Positions 1 through 9,800 of a stretch of DNA of 24,483 bases are shown piece after piece. The position numbers and the translations under genes are program-made. The stretch is taken from IMG/VR virus record IMGVR_UViG_3300025407_000122, positions 1 through 24,483 of that record. One strand, 5' to 3'. Each line of letters starts with the position of its first letter. The stretch's first letter is position 1. The notes under the pieces are model-generated. The model saw only the letters and a program-made list of their open reading frames with translations. It was not told the DNA's origin and did not search any database. The stretch comes from a virus. Lineage: Duplodnaviria; Caudoviricetes.

Positions 1-87
1 CATGCCACCAACAGGTCCAAGCAATGCCGTCGCGATAGTTGGGGCAACTGAACCAAGCAATGGTCCAAAGGTCTTAAGAATGTCCAT
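1..87 (-). CDS. 5' part of a probable holin-like membrane protein (runs off the window edge)
   Basis: ATG at 85-87, 1 nt after the stop of the upstream gene. Translates as MDILKTFGPLLGSVAPTIATALLGPVGGM, which resembles the N-termini (VAPTIATALxGP) of phage 3TM holin-like proteins. Confidence 0.6.
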   Translation of the reverse strand, partial: MDILKTFGPLLGSVAPTIATALLGPVGGM

Positions 88-88
88 C

Positions 89-556
89 TTATTTCACCGT
101 TATCATGAGGAAAATGCCAATTGCACCGATACCTACTACCAGAAAACCAACGATGCTGCTAACCATAATTAAATCCTTGCGGTTTTCTTCTTGCTCCTTT
201 AACGCAGCAGCCGCCTGACGTGCAGCCTCTTTCCGCATCTCAATGACAGACCGCTGGATGCCTTCCCATGCAGCAGGGCCGTACTGACCCACAAACATGT
301 TCTTAACATCCAACTGCATCTGCTGGGCCTTGGCCTTGGCGGCGTAAATCTTAACCGCCTCCGCCTCAAACTCCGCCTGAGACTGGAACATTTTCTTTTT
401 GCGCGGCGTTGACGCAATCGTAACGATTTGGGCAACTTTACTGAAAAGATTACCCACCTTCTCCGCAGTCTCCATCACATCCTTGCCCGAATCCACGGCG
501 GACTTGATGGAGTTATAGATGGCGGTTGCACCCGCTATGAGCGTAAATGGATCCAT
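89..556 (-). CDS. Hypothetical phage membrane protein (coiled coil plus C-terminal TM helix), 155 aa
   Basis: TAATG overlap with the upstream gene. Helical Ala/Lys/Gln-rich core and hydrophobic C-terminus (LIMVSSIVGFLVVGIGAIGIFLMITVK). Confidence 0.8.
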   Translation of the reverse strand: MDPFTLIAGATAIYNSIKSAVDSGKDVMETAEKVGNLFSKVAQIVTIASTPRKKKMFQSQAEFEAEAVKIYAAKAKAQQMQLDVKNMFVGQYGPAAWEGIQRSVIEMRKEAARQAAAALKEQEENRKDLIMVSSIVGFLVVGIGAIGIFLMITVK

Positions 557-1713
557 TACACACGTCCCTGAGCAATCCGAAGAGCATGAACAATTGCGTC
601 ATCATCCACCGAAAGCATGGGCTTTGTGTGACTATCTAATTCTTTTTTCGCTTCTTTGAAAAGTTTATCGGCGTTAGGGATGCGACCACCTGTCGCACGT
701 ATTGGGCGCTTGTAAGCTTGTAACTCCGCCAAATTCATTGGCATTGCTAATGGCGGCTGCCCTTCAATGCCGGATGCGCGGCCCGTAAAGACATTATCCA
801 TAGAAGACGGCTGAGGAACAATTGGATGTGTTTTCTTCCAGTTTTGCAATTCTTGTAAAGAATGCGGCATTTCGATGGTAGGCGCGTCATCCAATACGCT
901 ACCGCCTTCAGCGCGATGAACAATTCCGCCTTGCTCGTACTTACGATTAACCTTCACGCGGTTGTGGTCGAAGACGACGTAGTTGTGGGTGCCAAATCGC
1001 TTTTCTCTTGATTGTTCATCAAGATATTTGATTCCATGAATGCCATTTGCTGACAAAGAGCGGGAAAGTTCTTCTGGTTCAAAAACTTTTGAAAGCATAT
1101 TATGAACTGCACCGCCAGACAAAGTATCCCAACGCGAATGCTTTTTGTTTTCTTCATCCTTAATTGGCCCTCTAAAAGAACCAATCATAAATTTTTTATT
1201 TCCCGCCTTTTCGTGGGCGCTCATTAAAGTATCAAAAACTGCATCTTGAATATGAGATGGTTGTAAATCAACTGGATTATCCCAATCCAAAAAGTGATCA
1301 GGATGCGCGTCGATGGCGACCTCGTACATGTGGCCACCGGGGAGAAATTCTCCGTTTTCAAAATGTTTTTTAACAGCAGAAACAGCTTCTGCGGTCATAG
1401 CTGGAGCCGTATGACCCGCCCCATTTTTATGTTTATCCAACCATGCAATAGCCCCTTCTGGAGTATTATCGCCGAAGGTAAGAGCCATTTGCCCAATACG
1501 TTTATGCAATGAGTCTATGGTATCGGGTGCTTTAAGCGTAGGAGATAAATTATTTTTATATCCTTTTGCTACACGTTCATTTTCAGCAAAATACAGCCCA
1601 TGCCCATACGATTGTGCGCCTTCACCCGTGCCGATCTTGGACGTGTCAAATTGTTCAAAATCATGCGGGGAGCCGTGGTAGGCGGTGATCCCGTTTTGAT
1701 TTTCTTCGTCCAT
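556..1713 (-). CDS. ADP-ribosyltransferase-like (polyvalent-protein ART type) virion/ejection protein, 385 aa
   Basis: Motifs AYHGSPHDF..F, IGTGEGAQSYGHGLYFAE, GHMYEV, GIKY and NYVVF match the ART-like domain of phage polyvalent proteins. ATG at 1713 is preferred over GTG at 1716 because GGAG lies 6 nt upstream and the start overlaps the upstream stop (TGATG). Confidence 0.7.
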   Translation of the reverse strand: MDEENQNGITAYHGSPHDFEQFDTSKIGTGEGAQSYGHGLYFAENERVAKGYKNNLSPTLKAPDTIDSLHKRIGQMALTFGDNTPEGAIAWLDKHKNGAGHTAPAMTAEAVSAVKKHFENGEFLPGGHMYEVAIDAHPDHFLDWDNPVDLQPSHIQDAVFDTLMSAHEKAGNKKFMIGSFRGPIKDEENKKHSRWDTLSGGAVHNMLSKVFEPEELSRSLSANGIHGIKYLDEQSREKRFGTHNYVVFDHNRVKVNRKYEQGGIVHRAEGGSVLDDAPTIEMPHSLQELQNWKKTHPIVPQPSSMDNVFTGRASGIEGQPPLAMPMNLAELQAYKRPIRATGGRIPNADKLFKEAKKELDSHTKPMLSVDDDAIVHALRIAQGRV

Positions 1714-3953
1714 CACGCTCTCCCGCTAAATACAGGTTCACCCACTTTCGCGGTAATAATATGAGTTCCCGGAATCATACTGGCGGGATGCCGCGAAGAT
1801 TTTCTTTTCCCAACTTTCCCCCCATCCTTTCGTCCTACAACATTTGCTGAACCAAGACCGCCTTGAGCAGCTAAAACTGCTAACATGCGTGAGATACCAG
1901 CCCGTGCGGTGGGATCTTTTGAAATTTCATCATACGCATCGCGAATTTGCGACGAATCATTTGATGTTAATTTTGAAATCAAACTACGTGCGTATTTATC
2001 TCCAAGGTAATGGTTGCCGAATTGGGCAATAATACGGGCCAACCCTAACCCATGAAACATTTGAAACGCGATAATCGTTTCTAAATCATGCGTGACCCGT
2101 TGTTGTGAGCCGCCCAATCTACGGGCTTGCTGCACCGCATCAGAAATAACAGACTCCGTATTGGCGAACCTTTGCAAATCACCTAACTGCACGGGATCCA
2201 TAGCGTTCTTTAATGCATTATACATTGGTCCCGGCGTGAAATAAGTCTGCAAAGCGCGGGAATTAATTGACCCATCAGAATTGCGGGCTTTAGAAAGCAT
2301 GTCCGCCATGACGCCTTGAGTAAATAAGTTCTTCTCCTGATCCGTCATCTGCGATGTTGCATTTTGGATTTGCGAAGATTTTAACGCACTCCGACGGCTG
2401 CCAAAGAAATTTAAACCAAACGTAAAAGCATCATTTTCCCCACGGAAAAGATTGGTAGAGTTAAAAGCTTTTGCGTATGCGGCGTTGTAAAGCTTACTGT
2501 CCGGGTCTGTTAGTGAATCAACAATATTACGGCGGAAATCAATCAACTTTGATTTTACACCGCCACGGGTGCTGCCCGGCAGATCATCAATGATGTCATT
2601 TAAATTTCTCTGGAAATAATCCAAATACTTAGCATTAACCGCATCAGGATTAGTAAATTCAAACATTTCAGCGGGCTTTCCACCCGAAATAACGTTTTTA
2701 GTCACAAATGGGCTTTCAATTTTTTGTGCTTGCCCATACTCCATGCCCTTAGCAGCAGCTTCGTAATCTGCCTCCCGCGCAAGTTCATCTTCTGTTTTTA
2801 TGATGGCTTGACGAACCTCAGGAAGATTAATGTAATTGTTCCACGATTTATCCCATGCTCCCCGCGCATTGTCTGGATCATACGCTTTCGCATATGCATT
2901 GTTTTTTTCTTCCTGCGCGACTTTCTTCGCTTGTTTTAAAATTTGATCAGCATTCAAATCGCTGTCGGTCATATCTTGTGCAAAATCAGTAAAACGACGT
3001 GAGCCATTTTGAAGACGCGAACTTAAAGTCTGGCGGAAATCATCAGCCAACTCTGGTTGATCTTGGAAAGCGCGCTTAATGAAGGCTTGCACATTTGGGC
3101 CGCCAAGATCCGTAACCAATACGGGCTGACCCTGTTCCATAGCTTTTTGATAATCGTCAAACGTCATTTTGACATTGCCGGATTTAACATCCTGATCGTA
3201 GGCTTTCGCAAATTCCCTAAGCTGGAAGTTGTCTTTGCCGCTGCCCATTGCTTTCATCCAGTCAGGGGCAAACTTTTCCGCGACCGTTCCAATGGCTGAT
3301 CCCGCAAGCCCAAGACCCGCGCCTAATCCGCCGCCTATAAGAGCGGATTCACCAACGCTTGGTTGTTCAGATTCTGGCGTAGTACCAATCTTTGATGCAG
3401 CAGCAGCACCAGCCCCATACCCAGCACCTTCCGCTGCCAGACCCGCAAAGCGCGACCCTGTAGCGGCCTCCGCAATGTCAGCAATACCACCCGCTGGTAA
3501 CGCTAATCCACCCGCTATTTCCGCACCCGTTGAAATATAAGGATGCTGCCCCGCAAGAGCGCGTCTTGTCGCTTCCATTCCCGCTTTAATGTTTTGACGG
3601 CGCTCAGAATAAGTCGCACCTTCCGCCTCAGAAATATCCGATGGAAGGGCAGCGGAAATGTCCGCTCCAATTTCAGATGCGATGTCACCGACAATTGGAA
3701 TACGATAAATACCAGCCTCTACACCGCCTAAAGTTCCTAAAGCAGCGGCTCTTTTTTGCGCTTCCGGCATAAATTTTTGGATACGCTGCTCATATTCATC
3801 CGTAGGGGGTGAGGGTTCTTGTGTTGAGTCGGTTGGTTTTTTAGACATAACAACATCAAAAGGATCCTCAGCCTGTTGAGAAGAGTTTATCTGCCCAACA
3901 GGACTACGTTGCATTACAGCATCAAAAGGATCCGTCGATTGATCGTCAGCCAT
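1713..3953 (-). CDS. Internal virion (ejection/DNA transfer) protein, 746 aa
   Basis: Long helical ORF with a Gly/Ala-rich hydrophobic segment (ALIGGGLGAGLGLAGSAIG) and an N-terminal DPFDxVM duplication. Lies in the ejection block downstream of the tail genes. Confidence 0.7.
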   Translation of the reverse strand: MADDQSTDPFDAVMQRSPVGQINSSQQAEDPFDVVMSKKPTDSTQEPSPPTDEYEQRIQKFMPEAQKRAAALGTLGGVEAGIYRIPIVGDIASEIGADISAALPSDISEAEGATYSERRQNIKAGMEATRRALAGQHPYISTGAEIAGGLALPAGGIADIAEAATGSRFAGLAAEGAGYGAGAAAASKIGTTPESEQPSVGESALIGGGLGAGLGLAGSAIGTVAEKFAPDWMKAMGSGKDNFQLREFAKAYDQDVKSGNVKMTFDDYQKAMEQGQPVLVTDLGGPNVQAFIKRAFQDQPELADDFRQTLSSRLQNGSRRFTDFAQDMTDSDLNADQILKQAKKVAQEEKNNAYAKAYDPDNARGAWDKSWNNYINLPEVRQAIIKTEDELAREADYEAAAKGMEYGQAQKIESPFVTKNVISGGKPAEMFEFTNPDAVNAKYLDYFQRNLNDIIDDLPGSTRGGVKSKLIDFRRNIVDSLTDPDSKLYNAAYAKAFNSTNLFRGENDAFTFGLNFFGSRRSALKSSQIQNATSQMTDQEKNLFTQGVMADMLSKARNSDGSINSRALQTYFTPGPMYNALKNAMDPVQLGDLQRFANTESVISDAVQQARRLGGSQQRVTHDLETIIAFQMFHGLGLARIIAQFGNHYLGDKYARSLISKLTSNDSSQIRDAYDEISKDPTARAGISRMLAVLAAQGGLGSANVVGRKDGGKVGKRKSSRHPASMIPGTHIITAKVGEPVFSGRA

Positions 3954-3954
3954 T

Positions 3955-6900
3955 TTAATTCACCAACCACCGCGATAAGTTTGAAATGTCAGGATATTTT
4001 TTAGAGAAATATTCAGAAACCTTAGCATCAAACTGTGCTTTTGTTCTTGTTCCATCCAATAAATCCGTGACCAAATTGTGCGTTTTACCGTTGCTATCTT
4101 TCCAACTATTTTGTGGAGAGACAAGCGTTTCAAGCACATCTTGCTCATGGTTGTATCTATCAGTTGGCATCGCATTTTGATACGCTTGTTGAACATCCGT
4201 ACCCATGCCGCCCGTCTTCGCACCATAAGCGTTAACTATTTTTTGATAGTCACGACCCATGACGCTCTGTCGCGCTAAACTGGTGAAAAGTTTATTCGCG
4301 GATTCGGATTCCAATTCCACATTTGGTTGAGCATTGGCTGTTGCTTCAACAAGCCTTGCCGCACCATTATGCGTAATTGATCCAACTTGTGCGTTAGCCA
4401 AAAACTGGCGAATTTTATTAAGTTCCTGTTGAGCGACAACTGGATTATCACTTTCTGGCGAAGGACCGTCATATCCCAAAGCCCTTGCTGTGGAATAAGC
4501 AATTCTACGCGCAGAGTTTGCTAATTGTGATCCAACACCCATCCCAAGTTTTGCACCTTCGGCTGATGTCAAAGCTTGCGCCATTGTTTTTAAATCACCC
4601 AATCCACCGTTTGCTGCCGCTGCAACCCTTGCAGCTTCTTGCTGTTCTCTCATAAATTCACTTTGATATTGGGCTGCCGTTTCCGGTTTCTGCATAAACT
4701 TTTGTTCATTCATGCGTCTGAAATTTGCGCCATAATTATCTAATGTAGAATCAATTGCGTCACCTAATCCGGTCGGCTTGGTTGCTACTTGTGATTGCCC
4801 AGCAGAACCCATAGGGATTGTTTTAATGACGGGATTTTCTGGAGTTCCCGCATAAAGATATGCATCTCCACCAAAAATATTTGGCCTGATACGTAACATT
4901 TCTTCTTCCGCCCGTGTTTTACCAGCGGTCGCTTGAGAAGATTGAGCGGAACCATACGCTTGGGCAGCTTGCGCTTGAGAAGTCATCGTAGCGCGTTGCT
5001 GTTCTTGTTGCGCCATAACATTCTTGGCGAATGCATCACCCGCAGCCGCAATATTTTGCCCGGACAACAAACCCATTCCGTAATTAAAGCCGAAGAAATT
5101 ACGCATGTCCTCTGGAGGAGGCGCGATATATCCAAAGCCCGGTTGTGGTGCGTCGGATTGTGTGCGCGTCATATCTTGAGCGACTTGCGGGCCAGTTGAC
5201 TTTGCCGATGTTTGAGCGGGTTCAGGCGCTTGATCCATTTTAGACAAATCCAACTTAGTGACACCAGCATTAGAACCGGATGAGTCCGTCGTTGCTGAAG
5301 TTGTTGGTTTTGTTTTTTCGGAAGCTACCTTAGCAGCGGTCTGAACAACGTTATCGCCACCGCCCTCATCCGGCTTGGATAAGGAACGGTCGTAAGGGGC
5401 TGTATAAGTTCCAGCCGCCCTTATTGGCGTTGCCATTTCAGTTTTAACACGGGACGCAACATCATCTGGGCTTTCACCCATACGACCCATAATTGTTTTG
5501 CCTACATTGTAGGCGCGATCCAAATCCGCTTGCTCCTGCTCAGGTGAAGAAAATTCTTCTGGGTGCCTATCTCTATACGAGGGCGGCAATCCAGATGGGG
5601 AAACCTGAGGAACAGCAAATCCGCGCTGGGAGAAAGGCACTGGCTTTTCAATCGGAAGATAGCTGGTATCCGCTTCATCATCGTCCGAATCGTAGAAAGA
5701 ATCATCCCCAGCGATATGATCATCATCTGGAGCCGTTATGCCTTGGCCATAACGCGCATGGATGCGGCCACCCTTTTTCGATTTTGTTGCGGGGAGGATG
5801 CCCTTTGCGCCCAAAGCTTCGCCCTGCATAGAAAGTGTACCAGCGCCGGAACCAGCAAAATCAGCCGCCATCTGCGCAATGTCGTTTTCAGTTGGGAGGC
5901 CATATTCCATAGAAATAGGCGTGACGCCACCTTGAGCGTAATGGTTATGATGCGAATTGATTCGGCCACCACGCTTGCTATCGTGATCGCCGCCGCCTCC
6001 GCCGCCATCGCCGCCGCCACCGCCGCCATCACCACCGCCACCGGGAGGACCATAACCACCAGTGTAATTGGAACTGCTTTCTGCGCTTCCCGGAGAAGGA
6101 GAATAGCCCCCTCCGCTATCATTGCTGCTACTGTTATCATTACTGCTATTATCCGGAGCAGATACAGGTTCTGGAGCGGGTTCTGGAGCGGGTTCTGGAG
6201 CAGGTGCGGAAGCCAATGCTGTGTTTTGATCCGACATAGCTGGCGTTTCAACAACAGGAGGATTTGGTATAGCAGTTGTGGTTGGATTGTTATCAAATAT
6301 CCCGCCCTGTCCTGTGGCTGAAGGAAGAACCCCAGAAGACGCAGGTTCTGGGGCCGGAACGGGTTCTGGAATGACGCCTTGAATGTTTCCTTGACCGTTC
6401 CCAACCGTAGTAGGATCGGCAGCGTTAACAACACCGGGAGGCGTATTAATTGAATAATCCTGTTGTGAAGCGGAAGGAAGGACGCCAGAAGATGTTGGTG
6501 TTGAACCAAAAATTCCGCCAACACCAGTTGCGGATGTTTGTGAGCCACCACCAAAAATGCCACCGGGGCCAGTCGCGGAGTCGCTTGTGTCTGGTTGTTG
6601 AATTGGCAGATAACTAAGGTCTGTTTGAACTGGAACGGGTGTAGCAGTGTAATTCTGATCACCTTGAGTGGGTGGAAGTGGAGCGGATGGAATAATAGGC
6701 GCAGACGGCGCTTGTGCGTTTGCGGCAGCCGCCGCAGCAGCATTTGCTTTATCCACCCACATTTTTGAAAAATCAGCGGCGCTGATATTGGGATCCGTGC
6801 CTTTGGGAACATTGTTCGCAATACTTGCTTGCGCCTTATCAGGATCAACGCCAGCACTAATAAGCGCCTGAACGGCGCTTGTCCCATCGGGTGCAGTAAG

Positions 6901-9306
6901 CAAGGCTTTTGCCCCCGTCGCGCCCTGCTGCCAACCAAGGTAAGCTTGGCCAGCAGATGGGTTTTGAATCCCCGCATTTTGTAGTGAGTTTATAATAGGT
7001 CCATAACCAGTTCCAGCCGCAATCGTAGATAAAGTAGGATCAGTTCGATCCACAAGGCCAAGGCCAGTCGCCGTTGTAGGCATGAACCCATACAGCCCAA
7101 CAGAATTGCCGTTGGAGGCATTAGGATTGTTGGAGCTTTCTAATTGCGAAGTAGCCGCCAATAATCCAGCCGGAAGAGTACCTTCCAATTCTTGTTGGCG
7201 TTGCAAGGCAGATAAACTTGTGCTGTTGGCGGGAATGCCACTGTAACCGCCAGAATCAATTGTCGTAGTTGGCGCTACTTTGGTGGTTGCAAGATCAGCG
7301 CCGCCAGCCAATGGGTCAGTAATATTGGACGTATTTGCAGAAGTATCAGTTTGATTTGTTTGCTGAACTGGAGCAACAGTTGGCGATAATTGAGTTGCGG
7401 GAACCGATCCTGCGCTTAAAATACCCGGAGTTGCACTTGCGACAAAGTAATCAATTTGTGGCGCACCGTTAATCGTTGAAATGCGGGCGCTTACATTGTT
7501 TAGGTCTCCGTTCGCAAACTTATCCGCATATTCTTGCGCCGTTAATCCGCTGGTCGTGTTCGGATAAGGCGTTCCATCCGCCCTAAGGAATGGATTTCCA
7601 TTGCTGTCCACAGCAACGCGGTTGCTTGAATTTAAAACAGCATTCATCGTTCCCGAACTGTTGCCCTTTAATAAAGCATTTACAGCACCAGCAATACCAG
7701 TTTGAGCGCCCGTTGCTGGGTCAACACCACCAATAAGGCCGGACAGAACACCCTTTTGCTGATTAATGCCGTATCCACCCCCGCCGCCAACAGTGTTGTC
7801 GCCACCCGTGCCAAATCCGGGAGTATCCCCAGCACGGGGATTGTCTCCATTATCATCAGTTGGGCCGCCGGAAGCGCCGGGACCAGCAAGTGACCCGCGC
7901 CCCGTAACAACCCCGTTGCCATTATAAATTGGGCTTACAGTACCGCCGCCATCGCCGCCGCCATTAGGAGTTGTTGCCCCACCACCGCCGCCAACTTTGG
8001 TGGTATTATCTACGGCACCCGTTGTTGGGGTTGTAATGGGTGCTGGAGCTGTTGGTGTGGTTGGCGTTGTAGTTGTAGCGCCCCCTTTCCAAGGAGGTGT
8101 AGCGCCTTGGAAAGAGCGTAAATAATTTTGGTAAGCCGCGTTTATTTGAGATTTTGTGGCGGTGCCAGATTTAGCCAAATTTACATAATCATTATACGCT
8201 TGCGTGACGGGGCTTTCAGAAACCGCCCCTGCATTAGCATATTTTGCACGACCGCCCTCTGCATGCCCAACGCGGCCACCATCTTTTAAACCAAACGCGC
8301 TGAATATGCTTCCACCAATGTTACCCAATGCTCCTAAACCAGCGTTTGCGTAAGATAATGCATTACCGGACTGCATTGATGGATTTGCAAGCGCACCAAT
8401 CGTAGACAACCCACCAAGAGCGCCCGCAGCAGGGCTGACAGTTGGGCTATATCCAGTCGTAGTACCACCCATTGCTGGCGCAGCGCCGGATGCCAATTGC
8501 GAATACCAACTGAGTTGCTGGTAAGGATACATCTGTTGGTTAAGATATTGTTGATAGGCGGTAGAAAGATTTGCCTGTTGCTGCTGTTGTTCTGCGGTAC
8601 CAAAGCCATATTGAGCCTGAGCTTGTTGCAATGCAGCTTGCTGGCCTTGGGTGCCGTAGTTAGCAAGATTAATTCCAGACTGGTTCATAAGCTGTTGGCT
8701 CTGCAATTGAGCATTAGCCTGTGCTTGCTGTTGAGTATTAAACTCACCTTGGGCCTGATTGAACCCAGTATTGAGAAGGTTAGAAATTGTCGCGTTATTA
8801 GCCAAATTCTGCTGACGTGCCAATTCTGCTTGAGCGATACCAGCGCGATCACCGCCATAAGCACCTTGGCCAATTGCACTGCCCAACGCTTGTTGCTGCT
8901 GTTGGGCATTTGTTTGGTTAATATTTGCGACAGCAGAACTCACCACATTATTAAGAAATGGGTTCATATATTGATTCATGTTCTGCTGGTTATACTGCTG
9001 AAGCTGAATTGGCGTAGCAGCAGCGGCGGAAAGTCCAGTTGCCGCCCCAAAATATGGGTCCGTATAACCCTGCAAATCTGAAATTGATTGACCAGCGCCA
9101 TATTGATTTGGCGTCATAGGTGCAACTAAGCCCGGAACATAGTTCATATATTGGGCGGAAGTGTCTGGAGTGTATTGTGGGTATGGCTGTTGGGACTGCG
9201 TTGCAGCCGAATTTAATATATTAGTAACAGCAGTCTTTACCGCTTCTGGAGGCTGATAAGTCGTCGATTGAGACTGACCAAATAATGCACCACACAACGA
9301 ACCCAT
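3955..9306 (-). CDS. Large internal virion/ejection protein with a lytic transglycosylase-like domain, 1783 aa
   Basis: Gln-rich helical N-terminus (YMNPF...GAYGGDR...YQQL) typical of podovirus ejection proteins, followed by low-complexity linkers. SLT-like motifs LES...N.NA...GLYGFMPTT...DP...YL at about 6750-7215. AAGGA RBS upstream. Confidence 0.8.
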   Translation of the reverse strand: MGSLCGALFGQSQSTTYQPPEAVKTAVTNILNSAATQSQQPYPQYTPDTSAQYMNYVPGLVAPMTPNQYGAGQSISDLQGYTDPYFGAATGLSAAAATPIQLQQYNQQNMNQYMNPFLNNVVSSAVANINQTNAQQQQQALGSAIGQGAYGGDRAGIAQAELARQQNLANNATISNLLNTGFNQAQGEFNTQQQAQANAQLQSQQLMNQSGINLANYGTQGQQAALQQAQAQYGFGTAEQQQQQANLSTAYQQYLNQQMYPYQQLSWYSQLASGAAPAMGGTTTGYSPTVSPAAGALGGLSTIGALANPSMQSGNALSYANAGLGALGNIGGSIFSAFGLKDGGRVGHAEGGRAKYANAGAVSESPVTQAYNDYVNLAKSGTATKSQINAAYQNYLRSFQGATPPWKGGATTTTPTTPTAPAPITTPTTGAVDNTTKVGGGGGATTPNGGGDGGGTVSPIYNGNGVVTGRGSLAGPGASGGPTDDNGDNPRAGDTPGFGTGGDNTVGGGGGYGINQQKGVLSGLIGGVDPATGAQTGIAGAVNALLKGNSSGTMNAVLNSSNRVAVDSNGNPFLRADGTPYPNTTSGLTAQEYADKFANGDLNNVSARISTINGAPQIDYFVASATPGILSAGSVPATQLSPTVAPVQQTNQTDTSANTSNITDPLAGGADLATTKVAPTTTIDSGGYSGIPANSTSLSALQRQQELEGTLPAGLLAATSQLESSNNPNASNGNSVGLYGFMPTTATGLGLVDRTDPTLSTIAAGTGYGPIINSLQNAGIQNPSAGQAYLGWQQGATGAKALLTAPDGTSAVQALISAGVDPDKAQASIANNVPKGTDPNISAADFSKMWVDKANAAAAAAANAQAPSAPIIPSAPLPPTQGDQNYTATPVPVQTDLSYLPIQQPDTSDSATGPGGIFGGGSQTSATGVGGIFGSTPTSSGVLPSASQQDYSINTPPGVVNAADPTTVGNGQGNIQGVIPEPVPAPEPASSGVLPSATGQGGIFDNNPTTTAIPNPPVVETPAMSDQNTALASAPAPEPAPEPAPEPVSAPDNSSNDNSSSNDSGGGYSPSPGSAESSSNYTGGYGPPGGGGDGGGGGGDGGGGGGDHDSKRGGRINSHHNHYAQGGVTPISMEYGLPTENDIAQMAADFAGSGAGTLSMQGEALGAKGILPATKSKKGGRIHARYGQGITAPDDDHIAGDDSFYDSDDDEADTSYLPIEKPVPFSQRGFAVPQVSPSGLPPSYRDRHPEEFSSPEQEQADLDRAYNVGKTIMGRMGESPDDVASRVKTEMATPIRAAGTYTAPYDRSLSKPDEGGGDNVVQTAAKVASEKTKPTTSATTDSSGSNAGVTKLDLSKMDQAPEPAQTSAKSTGPQVAQDMTRTQSDAPQPGFGYIAPPPEDMRNFFGFNYGMGLLSGQNIAAAGDAFAKNVMAQQEQQRATMTSQAQAAQAYGSAQSSQATAGKTRAEEEMLRIRPNIFGGDAYLYAGTPENPVIKTIPMGSAGQSQVATKPTGLGDAIDSTLDNYGANFRRMNEQKFMQKPETAAQYQSEFMREQQEAARVAAAANGGLGDLKTMAQALTSAEGAKLGMGVGSQLANSARRIAYSTARALGYDGPSPESDNPVVAQQELNKIRQFLANAQVGSITHNGAARLVEATANAQPNVELESESANKLFTSLARQSVMGRDYQKIVNAYGAKTGGMGTDVQQAYQNAMPTDRYNHEQDVLETLVSPQNSWKDSNGKTHNLVTDLLDGTRTKAQFDAKVSEYFSKKYPDISNLSRWLVN
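6167..6201. repeat. 12-bp tandem repeat (ggttctggagcg, about 3 copies) encoding APEP x3
   Basis: Copies start at 6167, 6179 and 6191. Confidence 0.9.
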
Positions 9307-9317
9307 CGTATTATCCT

Positions 9318-9791
9318 TTAATGCGCGTGATTATCGTGGGCTTCACCACCATAATTATAAATGAAAAAGGCACCCGCTTTACGCATTTGCCGTTCCAGCA
9401 ACTTAATCTTTGCTTCTGTTCTAACGTTGGAAACGATTCCCATTAGAAGTGGAATACCAACCATGTCAGAATAGTTTTTAGCGAAAGAAATTAATGATTT
9501 CGCCCGTGTTGAACGCCTATGTTGCGGCGCAACAAAGTTAAAAACATCGTTTAAACACCATGTTTTAGCGTACCAAAGTTTGTCGATAACCAAGCAAACG
9601 GCGGCCTCAATTTCGTTTTCACCGTCAATAACGCCAATAATGCCGTTTTCGCGGTTAAGAACCTTTTTAACCATATCACGAACGGCTTCATAGTCCATTT
9701 CAAACAGACCATTCTCCTCATGCATGAGCATAAGGAGTTTCAAAATCGCCTCTTCGTCTTCTGGGGCAGCTAACCGGACATTATAATCCAT
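9318..9791 (-). CDS. GNAT-fold acetyltransferase-like protein, 157 aa
   Basis: N-terminal VRLAAPED and motif A-like FNFVAPQHRRSTRAKSLI. Located at the head of the ejection genes, as in many podoviruses. Confidence 0.8.
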   Translation of the reverse strand: MDYNVRLAAPEDEEAILKLLMLMHEENGLFEMDYEAVRDMVKKVLNRENGIIGVIDGENEIEAAVCLVIDKLWYAKTWCLNDVFNFVAPQHRRSTRAKSLISFAKNYSDMVGIPLLMGIVSNVRTEAKIKLLERQMRKAGAFFIYNYGGEAHDNHAH

Positions 9792-9800
9792 TAATAATCC

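Noticed and set aside
5987-6050. GC-rich ccg/gcc run as a possible regulatory or G-quadruplex element
   Set aside because: Fully explained by poly-Gly codons (GGGGD repeats) in the ejection protein.
5736-6977. 413-aa alternative-frame ORF on the minus strand inside the 1783-aa gene
   Set aside because: The Leu/Gln/Arg-rich translation is the expected frame shadow of Pro/Ala/Thr-rich low-complexity coding. No RBS or slippery site was noticed, and the main frame is uninterrupted.
5493-9081. Plus-strand ORFs (e.g. 5563-6321, 8497-9081) and other antisense ORFs in the track
   Set aside because: They lie wholly antisense to well-supported, coupled genes and have no recognisable motifs.
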